Below, one piece after another: positions 37,821 to 47,366 of a stretch of DNA of 64,000 bases (within the stretch, counting starts at the first letter, position 1; the number at the start of each line of letters is the position of its first letter). The notes beneath the pieces are model-generated. The model saw nothing but the letters and a program-made list of their open reading frames with translations. It made no database searches and was not told the origin of the DNA. The position numbers and the translations under genes were made by a program. This DNA is from Patescibacteria group bacterium (GTDB lineage: Bacteria; Patescibacteriota; Patescibacteriia; CAIXNZ01), in NCBI GenBank assembly GCA_028714455.1, contig JAQTMG010000002.1:102047-166046 (forward strand), given 5' to 3'.

Positions 37821-38000
37821 TTAGTAGCGATTTCTTTGTGGTCGTCTTGCCCTGTGGCAGTCCCTGCAGAGTAGTTGATCTAATCTGGCTGGATCTGGTT
37901 CAAAGGGAAGCTCGGTGATGTCAGCGCCGCAGGAAGAACACTTCCAGTTGCCCTGAAACATCTTTCTAGGTTGAAAACCGCCTTGATTTCCGAAAGCCAT
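37821..38000 (-). CDS. CxxC-x17-CxxC zinc-ribbon small protein (59 aa)
   Basis: MAFGNQGGFQPRKMFQGNWKCSSCGADITELPFEPDPARLDQLLCRDCHR. Under 60 aa, so absent from the ORF track. Confidence 0.5.
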   Translation of the reverse strand: MAFGNQGGFQPRKMFQGNWKCSSCGADITELPFEPDPARLDQLLCRDCHRARRPQRNRY

Positions 38001-38165
38001 TTTGCTTTGACTTAATAATTAACTCGAAACAAAATGGCACTTATGTTATAAAACGAATTTTATATTTATACTGCCGATTTGCTCGATTGATAACAGTATA
38101 GCACGTCTGGAGTATTTTGTCAACGATACATTGACCAAAAGCCATTTTTTAGCTAAAATTAACTA

Positions 38166-39431
38166 ATGAAAATACAAATCGAAAAATTAGTCTTTGGCGG
38201 TCAGGGCATAGGCAGGTTCGAAGGCAAAACCGCCTTTGTCTGGAATGCTCTGCCAGGCGAAGAAGTGGAAGCACTCTTGATAAAGAAACACAAAAACATC
38301 ATTGAGGCTATCGCTACCGAGATAATCAAACCGTCGCCGGACAGGATTAAAAAAATCGAAGAGCATTTTTTGGCTTGCAGTCCCTGGCAGATTTTGTCAT
38401 ACGCGAAAGAAAATATTTGGAAAAAAGAAATCGCCAAAGAAACTTATAAAAAGTTTGCTGACTTAAAAATGTCCGAACTTGAGATTGAAAGTGATGAAAA
38501 AGAATTTGGCTACCGCAATAAAATCGAATATAGTTTCACTCTGGATAACGCCGGAAAAATAACCCTGGCTTTTTTCATCAGAGGTAAACATAAACTCTCG
38601 GCTATTAACGACTGCCAACTGGCCACGGAGCCAATAAATAAAATCGCGCATAAAATAGTTGATTGGCTTAATTTAAACGAGGTGCCAATTCGCAGCTGCA
38701 AATCATTGATTGTCAGATCAAATCAGGCAGGGGAGACAATCGCCGCCCTTTTCATTAAAGATGTCTTGAGTTTTGAAGAATACCCGGAACTTGACGAAAA
38801 ATTTTTGGGTTTTACTTTATATTTTTCAGACCCTCATTGCCCGGCCTCAATCCCAACCCAAACTCTATATTCTGTCGGCCAGGATTTTCTGATTGAAGAA
38901 ATTAATGGAATTAAATTGCGCTACGGCGTTTCAAGTTTTTTCCAGGTTAATGTGCCAATTTTTGAAAAAGCGCTCGCTGATATTGAAAAATTTTTGGATA
39001 AGAAAAAAGAAGTGCTGGATTTTTACTCTGGCGTGGGGGCGATAAGTTTAGCTCTGCATAATAAATTTAAATCAGCTGTTTTGGTTGATAATAATGAAGA
39101 AGCGATTAGCTTTGCCAAAGTAAATATTGAATTAAATAAAATTAAAAATTGTGAAGCGCAAGCTAGTGAAGCTGAAAAAATCGCTGAATTAATAACCAAA
39201 GATAAAATTTTAATTGTTGATCCGCCTCGGGTCGGCTTGCATTACAAAGTGATTGATAAAATTCTTGAAGTCAAGCCTCGGCGGATAATTTATTTATCCT
39301 GCAATCTAGCCACCCAAGCGCGCGACCTTAAAATGTTAAAAGGGGAGTATGAAGTCAAATTTTCCAAACTTTATAATTTCTTTCCCAGGACGCCGCACAT
39401 CGAGGGTTTGTGCGTTTTAGAAAGAAAATAA
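38166..39431 (+). CDS. RNA (uracil-C5)-methyltransferase, RlmD/TrmA family (TRAM plus SAM methyltransferase)
   Basis: N-terminal TRAM domain. FFQVN and DPPRVGL motifs. Catalytic Cys near the C-terminus. Confidence 0.7.
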   Translation: MKIQIEKLVFGGQGIGRFEGKTAFVWNALPGEEVEALLIKKHKNIIEAIATEIIKPSPDRIKKIEEHFLACSPWQILSYAKENIWKKEIAKETYKKFADLKMSELEIESDEKEFGYRNKIEYSFTLDNAGKITLAFFIRGKHKLSAINDCQLATEPINKIAHKIVDWLNLNEVPIRSCKSLIVRSNQAGETIAALFIKDVLSFEEYPELDEKFLGFTLYFSDPHCPASIPTQTLYSVGQDFLIEEINGIKLRYGVSSFFQVNVPIFEKALADIEKFLDKKKEVLDFYSGVGAISLALHNKFKSAVLVDNNEEAISFAKVNIELNKIKNCEAQASEAEKIAELITKDKILIVDPPRVGLHYKVIDKILEVKPRRIIYLSCNLATQARDLKMLKGEYEVKFSKLYNFFPRTPHIEGLCVLERK

Positions 39432-39433
39432 TT

Positions 39434-39739
39434 ATGCAGACCAAGAAATTCCAAAGAAAAATAGAAGATTTTGTCTGTGAAAACTGCGGACAAAAAATTG
39501 AAGGCAGCGGCTACACTGATCACTGCCCCAATTGTTTATATTCAAAACATGTTGATATTAATCCCGGTGATCGGCTTTGCCCTTGCCAAGGACTTATGGA
39601 ACCAATGTGCGTACAGCTCAAACACGGTGAAAAAATAATTTTTTACCGGTGCCAAAAGTGCGGCCACGAACATCAAGTTAAATCGCTGCCTCAAGATAAT
39701 CAGAAAGAACTCATTAAATTAAGCGCCAACCCCGTTTAG
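39434..39739 (+). CDS. RNHCP-domain zinc-ribbon protein
   Basis: CENCGQ...TDHCPNCLYSKHVD...PGDRLCPC...CQKCGHEH. Confidence 0.55.
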   Translation: MQTKKFQRKIEDFVCENCGQKIEGSGYTDHCPNCLYSKHVDINPGDRLCPCQGLMEPMCVQLKHGEKIIFYRCQKCGHEHQVKSLPQDNQKELIKLSANPV

Positions 39740-39755
39740 TGGTATAATATATTTA

Positions 39756-41900
39756 ATGACCGAGCAGATCTTAAATTTTCTCACCGAGCTATTGCCCAAA
39801 ATCGGACATTTGGGCATTTTTGGTTATTGGCTGCTTTTGCTGATAACTTTCTTGGAATCAATCGCTTTTATCGGCGTCTTAATCCCTGGAGCAATCATAA
39901 TCGCGCTTTTTGGCATATTGGCTTCACAAAACTATTTTGATTTCAAGGACTTGATTTGGTATGCGGCAATTGGCGCTGTTTTGGGAGACATTTTAAGTTT
40001 TTATCTTGGTAGATACGCCAACAAAATATTCAAGCCAAATAACCGAATTTTCAGATCAAACTACATAAAAAAGGGCGAGGTATTTTTCAAAAATCACGGA
40101 CCCAAAAGTATTTTTCTGGGCAGATTTATCGCTTTTGTCCGACCAAACATCTCGTTCGTGGCCGGACTTTTCAAAATGGACGCCAAGAAATTTTATTTTT
40201 ACAACATCACCAGCGCTTTTTTGTGGGCGATATTATATCTGGCCATCGGCTACGCGCTGGCTGAAACAGCCACCACCATCGCTTTCTGGTCAACCCGTGT
40301 CAGCGTCTTGATTTTGGTTATCTTGGCTTTTTTGATAATTATCGATCTGCTCCGTTATCTAATAATAAAAAGGGGCAGGGTCTTTTTCCAATTCTTAAAA
40401 TCAATTTTAATTTCTTTGAAAGAAGCCGTGCTGCAAAATCCGGATGTGAGAAAAATGATAAAAGCGCACCCGGCCTTCTTTGGTTTTCTCAAAAAAAGAT
40501 TTGAAACCAAGAAGTTCACTGGTTTTGCCCTGACCGTTTTAATCTTAATTTTTGTTTATTTCTTGTATCTGTACCTGGCTTTGATTTTTGACGTTCTATA
40601 TTCGCGCACGATTGTCGGAGCCGATTTGCGCATCGATGAGCTCATTCTGGTCTTTAGGCACGGCACCTTAATCGGCCCGTTTTCTTGGATTACTTTGCTG
40701 GGCGAATGGCAGTTTGTGGCGGCGGCTTCGGTCGTTTTTGCCGCATTCTTGTGGCTGTGGCAGAAAAAAAATTATGTCTATTCGTTTTTCGTTACCATAG
40801 TCGGCAGTGTTGCTTTTGGCGCTCTAAGTAAAATCGCGATTCATCGACCCAGACCGACTTCTGGCCTGATTTTCGAAAGCTCCTATTCGTTTCCAAGCAA
40901 CCACGCCGTCATTGCCCTGGCCTTTTTCGGCTTCATCGCTTACTTCTTCTGGCGCGACTTAAAAACCTTAAGAAATAAATTAAACGTATTTTTCGGCTGT
41001 CTCACTCTAATCATTCTGATTGGTTTTAGCCGGCTCTATCTGGGCGTTCATTTTTTAAGCGACGTTTTGGGCGGCTATCTGCTGGGTCTGCTCTGGCTAC
41101 TTATCGGCATAATCATCTGTGAATATCTGAATTACAAGACGGTGAGGTTGTGGCTGCCAACGCCAAAACTTAAGAAAAGAACGCTGACGATTTTAAGCGG
41201 TATGCTGCTTGCTCTCATTGTGATTTTTTATGTTTTATTCGGTATTTATTTTAAACCCGAGATTAACCCGCAGACGGAAAAAAATGAAAACCAGCTCGTT
41301 ATTTCCAGCGTTGAAAATATCAGCCAGATTTTCGAAGCGGCCAAGCTGCCAAAATATTCCGAAACTCTGACCGGGGCCAAGCAAGAGCCGCTTAGCTTTA
41401 TAATAATTTCAAGCAGTGAAAGTAGGTTGATAGACGCCTTTGCGGCGGCGGATTGGTACCTGGCTGACACACCCAACCTGACGACCGTCTCAAAAATCGT
41501 ACAGAGCGGCTTATTTAACATCAGCTATCCGAACGCGCCCATGACGCCATCGTTTTGGAATGCGGAAATCCACGACTTGGGTTTTGAAAAGCCGATTGAC
41601 CTGAACAGCGTCAGACAGCGGCACCACGCCAGATTCTGGAAAACAAATATCACGACCAGTGGCGGCCAAAGCGTTTTTGTCGGTACGGCCAGCCTGGACA
41701 TCAGTTTAAAATGGCTCGTTGTCCATAAAATCGATCCGGGCATCGACACGGAGAGGGAAACCGTTTTCCGAGATTTATTTAATACGGGTGCGATTCTAAA
41801 ATTCCAAAAAGAACAATTTGTCCAACCGCTTTTGGGCAAAAATTTCGCCGGTGACCAGTTTTTCACTGACGGCGAGATTTATGTCATTGAATTAAAATAA
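39756..41900 (+). CDS. fusion membrane protein: DedA domain, PAP2 phosphatase domain and a C-terminal uncharacterised domain
   Basis: DedA-like N-terminus. PAP2 motifs KIAIHRPRP, SFPSNHA and SRLYLGVHFLSDV. Confidence 0.6.
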   Translation: MTEQILNFLTELLPKIGHLGIFGYWLLLLITFLESIAFIGVLIPGAIIIALFGILASQNYFDFKDLIWYAAIGAVLGDILSFYLGRYANKIFKPNNRIFRSNYIKKGEVFFKNHGPKSIFLGRFIAFVRPNISFVAGLFKMDAKKFYFYNITSAFLWAILYLAIGYALAETATTIAFWSTRVSVLILVILAFLIIIDLLRYLIIKRGRVFFQFLKSILISLKEAVLQNPDVRKMIKAHPAFFGFLKKRFETKKFTGFALTVLILIFVYFLYLYLALIFDVLYSRTIVGADLRIDELILVFRHGTLIGPFSWITLLGEWQFVAAASVVFAAFLWLWQKKNYVYSFFVTIVGSVAFGALSKIAIHRPRPTSGLIFESSYSFPSNHAVIALAFFGFIAYFFWRDLKTLRNKLNVFFGCLTLIILIGFSRLYLGVHFLSDVLGGYLLGLLWLLIGIIICEYLNYKTVRLWLPTPKLKKRTLTILSGMLLALIVIFYVLFGIYFKPEINPQTEKNENQLVISSVENISQIFEAAKLPKYSETLTGAKQEPLSFIIISSSESRLIDAFAAADWYLADTPNLTTVSKIVQSGLFNISYPNAPMTPSFWNAEIHDLGFEKPIDLNSVRQRHHARFWKTNITTSGGQSVFVGTASLDISLKWLVVHKIDPGIDTERETVFRDLFNTGAILKFQKEQFVQPLLGKNFAGDQFFTDGEIYVIELK

Positions 41901-41913
41901 TTTTGGAATAAAA

Positions 41914-41945
41914 AACCCCGCGCTTTATAACGCGAGGTTTTGTGT
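41914..41945. terminator. bidirectional terminator
   Basis: CCCCGCGC-TTTATAA-CGCGAGG with A- and T-runs. Seven-bp stem on the minus-strand transcript. Confidence 0.55.
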
Positions 41946-41953
41946 TTGGTCTT

Positions 41954-42241
41954 TTATAGCAACACGCATCTGGGTCTGCGAGCCAGAACTTCTATGCTCG
42001 TGACCATGGAAACCCTTGCGGTCTTGGACAAGATAAATTGATCTTTTGATCCTTCGATCAACTTTGTGCCGACAAAGATGAATTCGTTCGAATCGGGATT
42101 AAGGCCCATCAGCTTGCCCTTGCAATCAAAAGCTTTGTCCGTGGTTTTAACTTTTACCCACTGGCCAGACAGTCCCAGGATGACTTTTTTCTTTTTCGCG
42201 TCAGACATCTCCTTCGGGAAACCGTAAACCTTCTTCCTCAT
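41954..42241 (-). CDS. hypothetical protein, SD-led
   Basis: SD AAGGAGGGG upstream. Confidence 0.45.
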   Translation of the reverse strand: MRKKVYGFPKEMSDAKKKKVILGLSGQWVKVKTTDKAFDCKGKLMGLNPDSNEFIFVGTKLIEGSKDQFILSKTARVSMVTSIEVLARRPRCVLL

Positions 42242-42383
42242 TTACCCCTCCTTGGTTTTGCTGCTTAGATTTTAAGAACGTGGCGCATCGCAAAAGTCGT
42301 TTTGACCGATTTAATCCAGATTAAGCCAAAAGTCATTCTTTGTCAAGTTGATTTATGCTATAATGTCCAAGAATTAACAACGT

Positions 42384-42890
42384 ATGATAAACATCGTCAT
42401 AATAATTTTTTTGGTTTTGTTAATCTCGGTCGCCATTGCCAGTTCTTCATTCGCCCCCTGGATACCCAGCCGGAAAAAAGACCTGGAAAGAATCTTTAGG
42501 CTGGCTAATTTAAAACCAGGCGAATTATTTTATGACCTGGGCTCTGGCAGCGGGCAGGTGGTCATTCACGCGGCAAAGTACAAAGCCAAGGCCATCGGCC
42601 TGGAAATAGCTTTACCGCTTTATCTGATCAGCAAAATCAGGCAGCCATTTTATCGCGGAACTTTATTCAAGTATAAAAATCTGTTTTCCGAAGACCTTTC
42701 GAAAGCCGACGTCATTTATTTTTTCGGCACGCCCAGGACAATTAATTCGAAACTGAAGCAAAAACTGGAAAGGGAAGCCAAGCCAGGCGCCAGAATAATT
42801 TCCTACACTTTTATTATCGAGGGCTGGCAGCCGGTTTTGATTGATAAGCCTGATAAAAGCAGGCTGCCGATCTATCTGTATATCCGCTAA
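42384..42890 (+). CDS. small class I SAM-dependent methyltransferase with an N-terminal transmembrane helix
   Basis: Motif I FYDLGSGSGQVV. Confidence 0.6.
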   Translation: MINIVIIIFLVLLISVAIASSSFAPWIPSRKKDLERIFRLANLKPGELFYDLGSGSGQVVIHAAKYKAKAIGLEIALPLYLISKIRQPFYRGTLFKYKNLFSEDLSKADVIYFFGTPRTINSKLKQKLEREAKPGARIISYTFIIEGWQPVLIDKPDKSRLPIYLYIR

Positions 42891-42912
42891 AAATGCCTGT
42901 TAATTATTTCCT

Positions 42913-42941
42913 TGACAACGATTTTATTTTACAATATCATT
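42913..42941 (+). promoter_or_regulatory. sigma-70-type promoter (TTGACA, 17 nt, TATCAT)
   Basis: Consensus -35, a 17-nt spacer, then a near-consensus -10. Confidence 0.5.
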
Positions 42942-42985
42942 TTAATATCCTAACTAGGATTTAATTATTAAACCCAAGTTAAATT

Positions 42986-43177
42986 ATGTCACAGGTTCTC
43001 TCACTGCTCAACGAGCAGATTCTCAATTTTGCTTTATTAATGGAGGATGAGGGCGAAGAAGAAGCCGAGGAAGAAGCTGAAGAAGAGACTGAAGAGGAGG
43101 AGGATGAAGATGAAGAAGGCGACGAAACCAAAAAAGAAGACGAAGAAGAAGACGAAGACGAAGAAGAAGGATTTTAA
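42986..43177 (+). CDS. small protein with a 43-residue polyacidic (Glu/Asp) tail
   Basis: Own promoter and terminator. N-terminal amphipathic segment then EEEAEEEAEEETEEEEDEDEEGDE... Confidence 0.45.
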   Translation: MSQVLSLLNEQILNFALLMEDEGEEEAEEEAEEETEEEEDEDEEGDETKKEDEEEDEDEEEGF

Positions 43178-43283
43178 TAAAAAAGGGGAGCGAGCAATCG
43201 TTCTCCTTTTGTTTTTGTTAAAATGATTTACAGGGCGCGGGATTTTTGCTAAACTATCTTTAAGTTATTTATTATCTAAATAT

Positions 43284-43886
43284 ATGAAAAAATTCCTCAA
43301 AATATTCTTTATGGCCATTGGCTCGTTGGCGGCCGTGGCAATCTTAGCCATGGCGATTTTGCAAATCAGCAAATTAAATTCCAGCTATCAATTGGACAGA
43401 GCGCGAGAACAAGTCGCTAACTATTCTCAATACCAATTCACTAACGGCGAGTACAATAAGCTTAAAAAAAGTGAAAAAAATGACGTTTATTACTATGCCG
43501 CCGACGGAAAAAGGTATGTCTTTCCGACAGTTGAAACCTATTATTCCTGGTTTAGACAGATACAAGTCAGCGATGTAAATACTTTTAGCTTGGTGCAATT
43601 ATACGAAACGCCACTGGGCGGTAATGTCACTTGCCGGCCAGGTACGCTAATCCAGACGCCAACTGACAACAACGTCTATATCGTGATTAAAAATGGCCAC
43701 ATCCGCGCGCTAAGCCAAGATCTGCTTAACCTGGTCTACAATTATAATTGGAAAAGATACGTCATTAGCGTGCCTAATTTTTTCTTTATTAATTACATCG
43801 TGGATAAACCGATCAACGATTTATCGGATTTTCCCGAGATACCCAAGAGCATAACAATTGACCAGGACAAGGGCCTGAACAAATGA
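43284..43886 (+). CDS. membrane-anchored or secreted hypothetical protein
   Basis: Signal or transmembrane N-terminus. Confidence 0.5.
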   Translation: MKKFLKIFFMAIGSLAAVAILAMAILQISKLNSSYQLDRAREQVANYSQYQFTNGEYNKLKKSEKNDVYYYAADGKRYVFPTVETYYSWFRQIQVSDVNTFSLVQLYETPLGGNVTCRPGTLIQTPTDNNVYIVIKNGHIRALSQDLLNLVYNYNWKRYVISVPNFFFINYIVDKPINDLSDFPEIPKSITIDQDKGLNK

Positions 43887-45037
43887 TAAAAAAAATTTCT
43901 CAAATCTGCCTTAACGTAGTCTTACTCGGCTGCATCGCGGTCACGGTTTTTTATTTATTCACGCAAAGAACTACGATTCTGGCGCAAGCGGACCAGCTTA
44001 TTTTTAATAATAATAGAGAATCTTCTTTAAACGTAGAGATCAAAAAAGTCAAAAGAGAAAAACCAGCCGAAAGGGAAGTGCGAGCTCTTTATTTAACTGC
44101 CAACACGGCTAGCCAGGATAATAGAATTGCTAAAATTATTGAGTTTATGAAAGGCAGCGCCCTTAACGCCGTAGTCATAGATATTAAAAGCTATAGCGGT
44201 AAAATTGTTTATGACAGCCAGGTGCCGCAGGTTATTCAGCTGCAAACAAAGCAAGTCATAATCAAAGACATACCAGCTTTGATTCAAAAACTCCACGATA
44301 ATGATATCTATGTTATAGCCAGACAAACGGTTTTCCAGGATCTGGAGCTTTCCGGCAAAAAACCGAGTTGGGCCGTCCAAAATAAAGTGACTGGCGGCGT
44401 TTGGCATGACAAGAACGGACTTGGCTGGATGGACCCATCAGTCGAAGAGGTCTGGCAATATAATTCTGAAATTGCCAGAGAAGCGATTTTGCTTGGCTTT
44501 GACGAAGTAAATTTTGACTACATCAGATTTCCTTCTGACGGCGATCTAACAACTATGGCCTTCCATAATTTAGCGGGCAGGACAAAAAGGGGGGTGATGA
44601 AATCATTTTTTGAATATCTGTCGGGTGAATTAAAAGATCAGCCCGGCTATATGTCAGTTGACCTCTTTGGCCTAACCAGCGTTCGGCTTGATGATATGAA
44701 TATCGGTCAAAATATAGAGGATGCGGGTCCAAACTTCGATTACATCTGCCCCATGGTCTATCCCTCTCATTATCCAACCAAATACATGGGTTTTGTGAAT
44801 CCCGCGGATCATCCGTATGAAATCATCAACCACGATTTAACCATAGCCAACGAGCGCCTGGCTCACGTAGCCAATAACCGAGCCAAAATCAGGCCCTGGC
44901 TTCAGGACTTTAATATGGGCGCTGTCTACACGCCGGCTATGCTTGATTTGGAAATCAAAGCGCAAAAAGACAGCGGCAGTTTCGGCTATCTGCTTTGGAA
45001 CGCGGGCAATGTCTATACTTACGCGCCAAAATTATAA
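43883..45037 (+). CDS. putative glycoside-hydrolase-like TIM-barrel protein (DUF4015/GHL10-like)
   Basis: N-terminal transmembrane helix. GFDEVNFDYIRFPSDGD motif. Confidence 0.4.
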   Translation: MIKKISQICLNVVLLGCIAVTVFYLFTQRTTILAQADQLIFNNNRESSLNVEIKKVKREKPAEREVRALYLTANTASQDNRIAKIIEFMKGSALNAVVIDIKSYSGKIVYDSQVPQVIQLQTKQVIIKDIPALIQKLHDNDIYVIARQTVFQDLELSGKKPSWAVQNKVTGGVWHDKNGLGWMDPSVEEVWQYNSEIAREAILLGFDEVNFDYIRFPSDGDLTTMAFHNLAGRTKRGVMKSFFEYLSGELKDQPGYMSVDLFGLTSVRLDDMNIGQNIEDAGPNFDYICPMVYPSHYPTKYMGFVNPADHPYEIINHDLTIANERLAHVANNRAKIRPWLQDFNMGAVYTPAMLDLEIKAQKDSGSFGYLLWNAGNVYTYAPKL

Positions 45038-45098
45038 ATTTGATATTTTTCCCGATTAAAATAAGTTCAAACCAGGTTCCTTAAAAAAGGAGGCAATA

Positions 45099-45323
45099 AT
45101 GGAAATCATTTTTGACGTAGCGGTTATTTTGACCGTGATTTATCTTGTTATCGGCACACTCTTTTTTATGGTGAGTTTCTTGTTCACGATCGAGTATACT
45201 TATCGTCTGGCCGCTGGTAAAATTATTCCCAGAACCAGAAGTTGGAAGGTGATTGAAGAATTTTTTTATTGCCTGACTCATGACATTCTTTGGGCCATTC
45301 TCTGGCCGATCACGTGGATTTAA
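45099..45323 (+). CDS. small membrane protein, SD-led
   Basis: SD AAAAAAGGAGGCAATAATG. Two transmembrane helices. Confidence 0.4.
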   Translation: MEIIFDVAVILTVIYLVIGTLFFMVSFLFTIEYTYRLAAGKIIPRTRSWKVIEEFFYCLTHDILWAILWPITWI

Positions 45324-45420
45324 AAAAAAGAGAAGCATGTTAATCCCACTCTAAAAGGGTGGGATTTTTTTATTTAAAAATGGTATAATTAAACCATAAT
45401 CTCAACTTTAAATTATCAAT

Positions 45421-46146
45421 ATGACCAAAGTAAAAAGAACAATAAAAAGAATAGTTAAAATTCCGGCCCTACCCGGACCCGGACCAGAGAAAAAAATTTC
45501 TCTGCAAAAGATGTCGGATATCACCTGGCGCATTTTTAGAATCATGTCCGAATTTGTGGACGGCTTTGAATTTCTTTCAAAGCTTAAAAAAGAAGTCACG
45601 ATTTTTGGTTCAGCTCGTTTGGACCATCAAAACCATTGGTGCAAGGAAGCGGAAAAACTGGGACATATTTTAGTCAGGCACGGATTTACAGTAATCACGG
45701 GAGGCGGTCCTGGCATCATGGAAGCCGCCAATAAGGGCGCTTATGGCGTTAATCCCGACAAATCAGTTGGCATTAATATCCAATTACCTACCGAGCAGAG
45801 AGTGAATCCTTATGTTAAAAAAGCCGCGGGCTTCTACTATTTTTTCACGAGAAAAGTCATGCTGGCCGCTTCGGCCCAATCCTATATTTTCTTTCCGGGC
45901 GGTTATGGCACGGCCGATGAATTTCTGGAAATCCTTGAATTAGTACAGACTGGCAAAATGCAAAAAACGCCAATAATTTTAATGGGCAAAGACTTTTGGC
46001 TGCCTCTGATAAGTTGGTTTGAAAAAACCATGGCGAAAAAATATAAAACCATTAACCCAAAGGATATAAAACTTTTCCATGTCGTTGATACCGCCGAACA
46101 AGCTTTTAAATATATAAAAGGCTCTCACGAAAGAACTATATTTTAG
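45421..46146 (+). CDS. LOG-family (TIGR00730) nucleotide 5'-monophosphate nucleosidase
   Basis: VTIFGSARL...GGGPGIMEAANKGA...PGGYGTADE. Confidence 0.8.
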   Translation: MTKVKRTIKRIVKIPALPGPGPEKKISLQKMSDITWRIFRIMSEFVDGFEFLSKLKKEVTIFGSARLDHQNHWCKEAEKLGHILVRHGFTVITGGGPGIMEAANKGAYGVNPDKSVGINIQLPTEQRVNPYVKKAAGFYYFFTRKVMLAASAQSYIFFPGGYGTADEFLEILELVQTGKMQKTPIILMGKDFWLPLISWFEKTMAKKYKTINPKDIKLFHVVDTAEQAFKYIKGSHERTIF

Positions 46147-46295
46147 AGATTAGAGATTGGAGATTAGAAATTAGGGAAATGAATTAATCAAAAAGGGCAA
46201 ATCAAAATTGCTCTTTTTGTCATTGACAAAATTTAAAAAATATGCTAAGATAAAACAATTGGTTCATTTAAAATAAACGCAGAGGAGGATAAAAA

Positions 46296-46874
46296 TTGAA
46301 TATTCACGAAATATTCGGTGAAATTTCTGGATTTTTTTCGGCTCTGGCATATTTGCCTTACATTTATGCAATTCTGAAGGGCAAGGCCAAGCCCAACCGC
46401 GCTACTTGGATCATTTGGGCAACAATGAATTATATCATCTTTGCCAGCTCTTATTTTGCGGGCGCACGCACAACCCTCTGGCTGCCGATTGCTTATGCAC
46501 TGGGTTCCAGTATAACCGCACTTTTGTCAATAAAATATGGCGAAGGCGGTTGGTCAGGGTTTGATAAGTTTTGCTTAACTGGATCGGCTCTCGGCCTTGT
46601 CCTTTGGGCAATCACCAGACAACCCATAGTCGCCCTGGTCATTACCATCTTCATCGATTTTCTAGGCGCTTTGCCGACCATGAAAAAATCATGGCACGAT
46701 CCCAAGAGCGAGAATAAACTGACCTGGCTCATTTTCTCCATTGGAACATTATTCAGCGTACTTGCCATCAACAAGATTAATTTTGCCATCATGATTCTTC
46801 CCATTTATATGTTTCTCTGCTGCAACACAATCACCTTGCTTGTTGCTTGCCCCAGAAAGAAAAGTAATGTCTAA
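46296..46874 (+). CDS. polytopic membrane protein
   Basis: TTG start after SD GAGGAGG. Five to six transmembrane helices. Confidence 0.45.
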   Translation: MNIHEIFGEISGFFSALAYLPYIYAILKGKAKPNRATWIIWATMNYIIFASSYFAGARTTLWLPIAYALGSSITALLSIKYGEGGWSGFDKFCLTGSALGLVLWAITRQPIVALVITIFIDFLGALPTMKKSWHDPKSENKLTWLIFSIGTLFSVLAINKINFAIMILPIYMFLCCNTITLLVACPRKKSNV

Positions 46875-47026
46875 CACTCAAACTGAAGTAATTCAAAGTC
46901 GACGACCCGCCAAAGTCAAAAGTGACTCGGCGGGTTTTTTCTTCGACGCCAAAATTTTAAACCCTATGGCCATTATTGACAATAAACCTACTTTATGTTA
47001 AGTTAAAATCAAAAAGGAGGGAAAAA

Positions 47027-47296
47027 ATGTCGCTAATACTATGTCAAGGAACAAAGCCAACAAATCTGTCAATCAAGACGTTTGGGTGCTGCGACGACAA
47101 ATTTGTTCATTTGGGTAAGTATAAAATTACCATGAACGATTTCGTTGCCGCAGCAATGTATGTGCTGACGAACACTGACCTCGAGGAAAATGATCCGCGG
47201 CTGGAATTCGTCAAGGCAGTACAACGGCTAAAACCCGTAAAAGGTTTTAATCGTGGCTCCAAGAGACTAACCATACCGAAAGGCAAAAAGAAGTAA
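47027..47296 (+). CDS. hypothetical protein, GC-richer and SD-led, flanked by CCCGCC/GGCGGG hairpins
   Basis: SD AAAAAGGAGGGAAAAAATG. Hairpin-plus-T-run terminators at about 46903-46945 and 47300-47340. Confidence 0.5.
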   Translation: MSLILCQGTKPTNLSIKTFGCCDDKFVHLGKYKITMNDFVAAAMYVLTNTDLEENDPRLEFVKAVQRLKPVKGFNRGSKRLTIPKGKKK

Positions 47297-47366
47297 CGTC
47301 TCAAACCCGCCGATGCACAAGCAAAGGCGGGTTTTTTCTTTTACGAAATTTTGCTAAAATTAGCTT

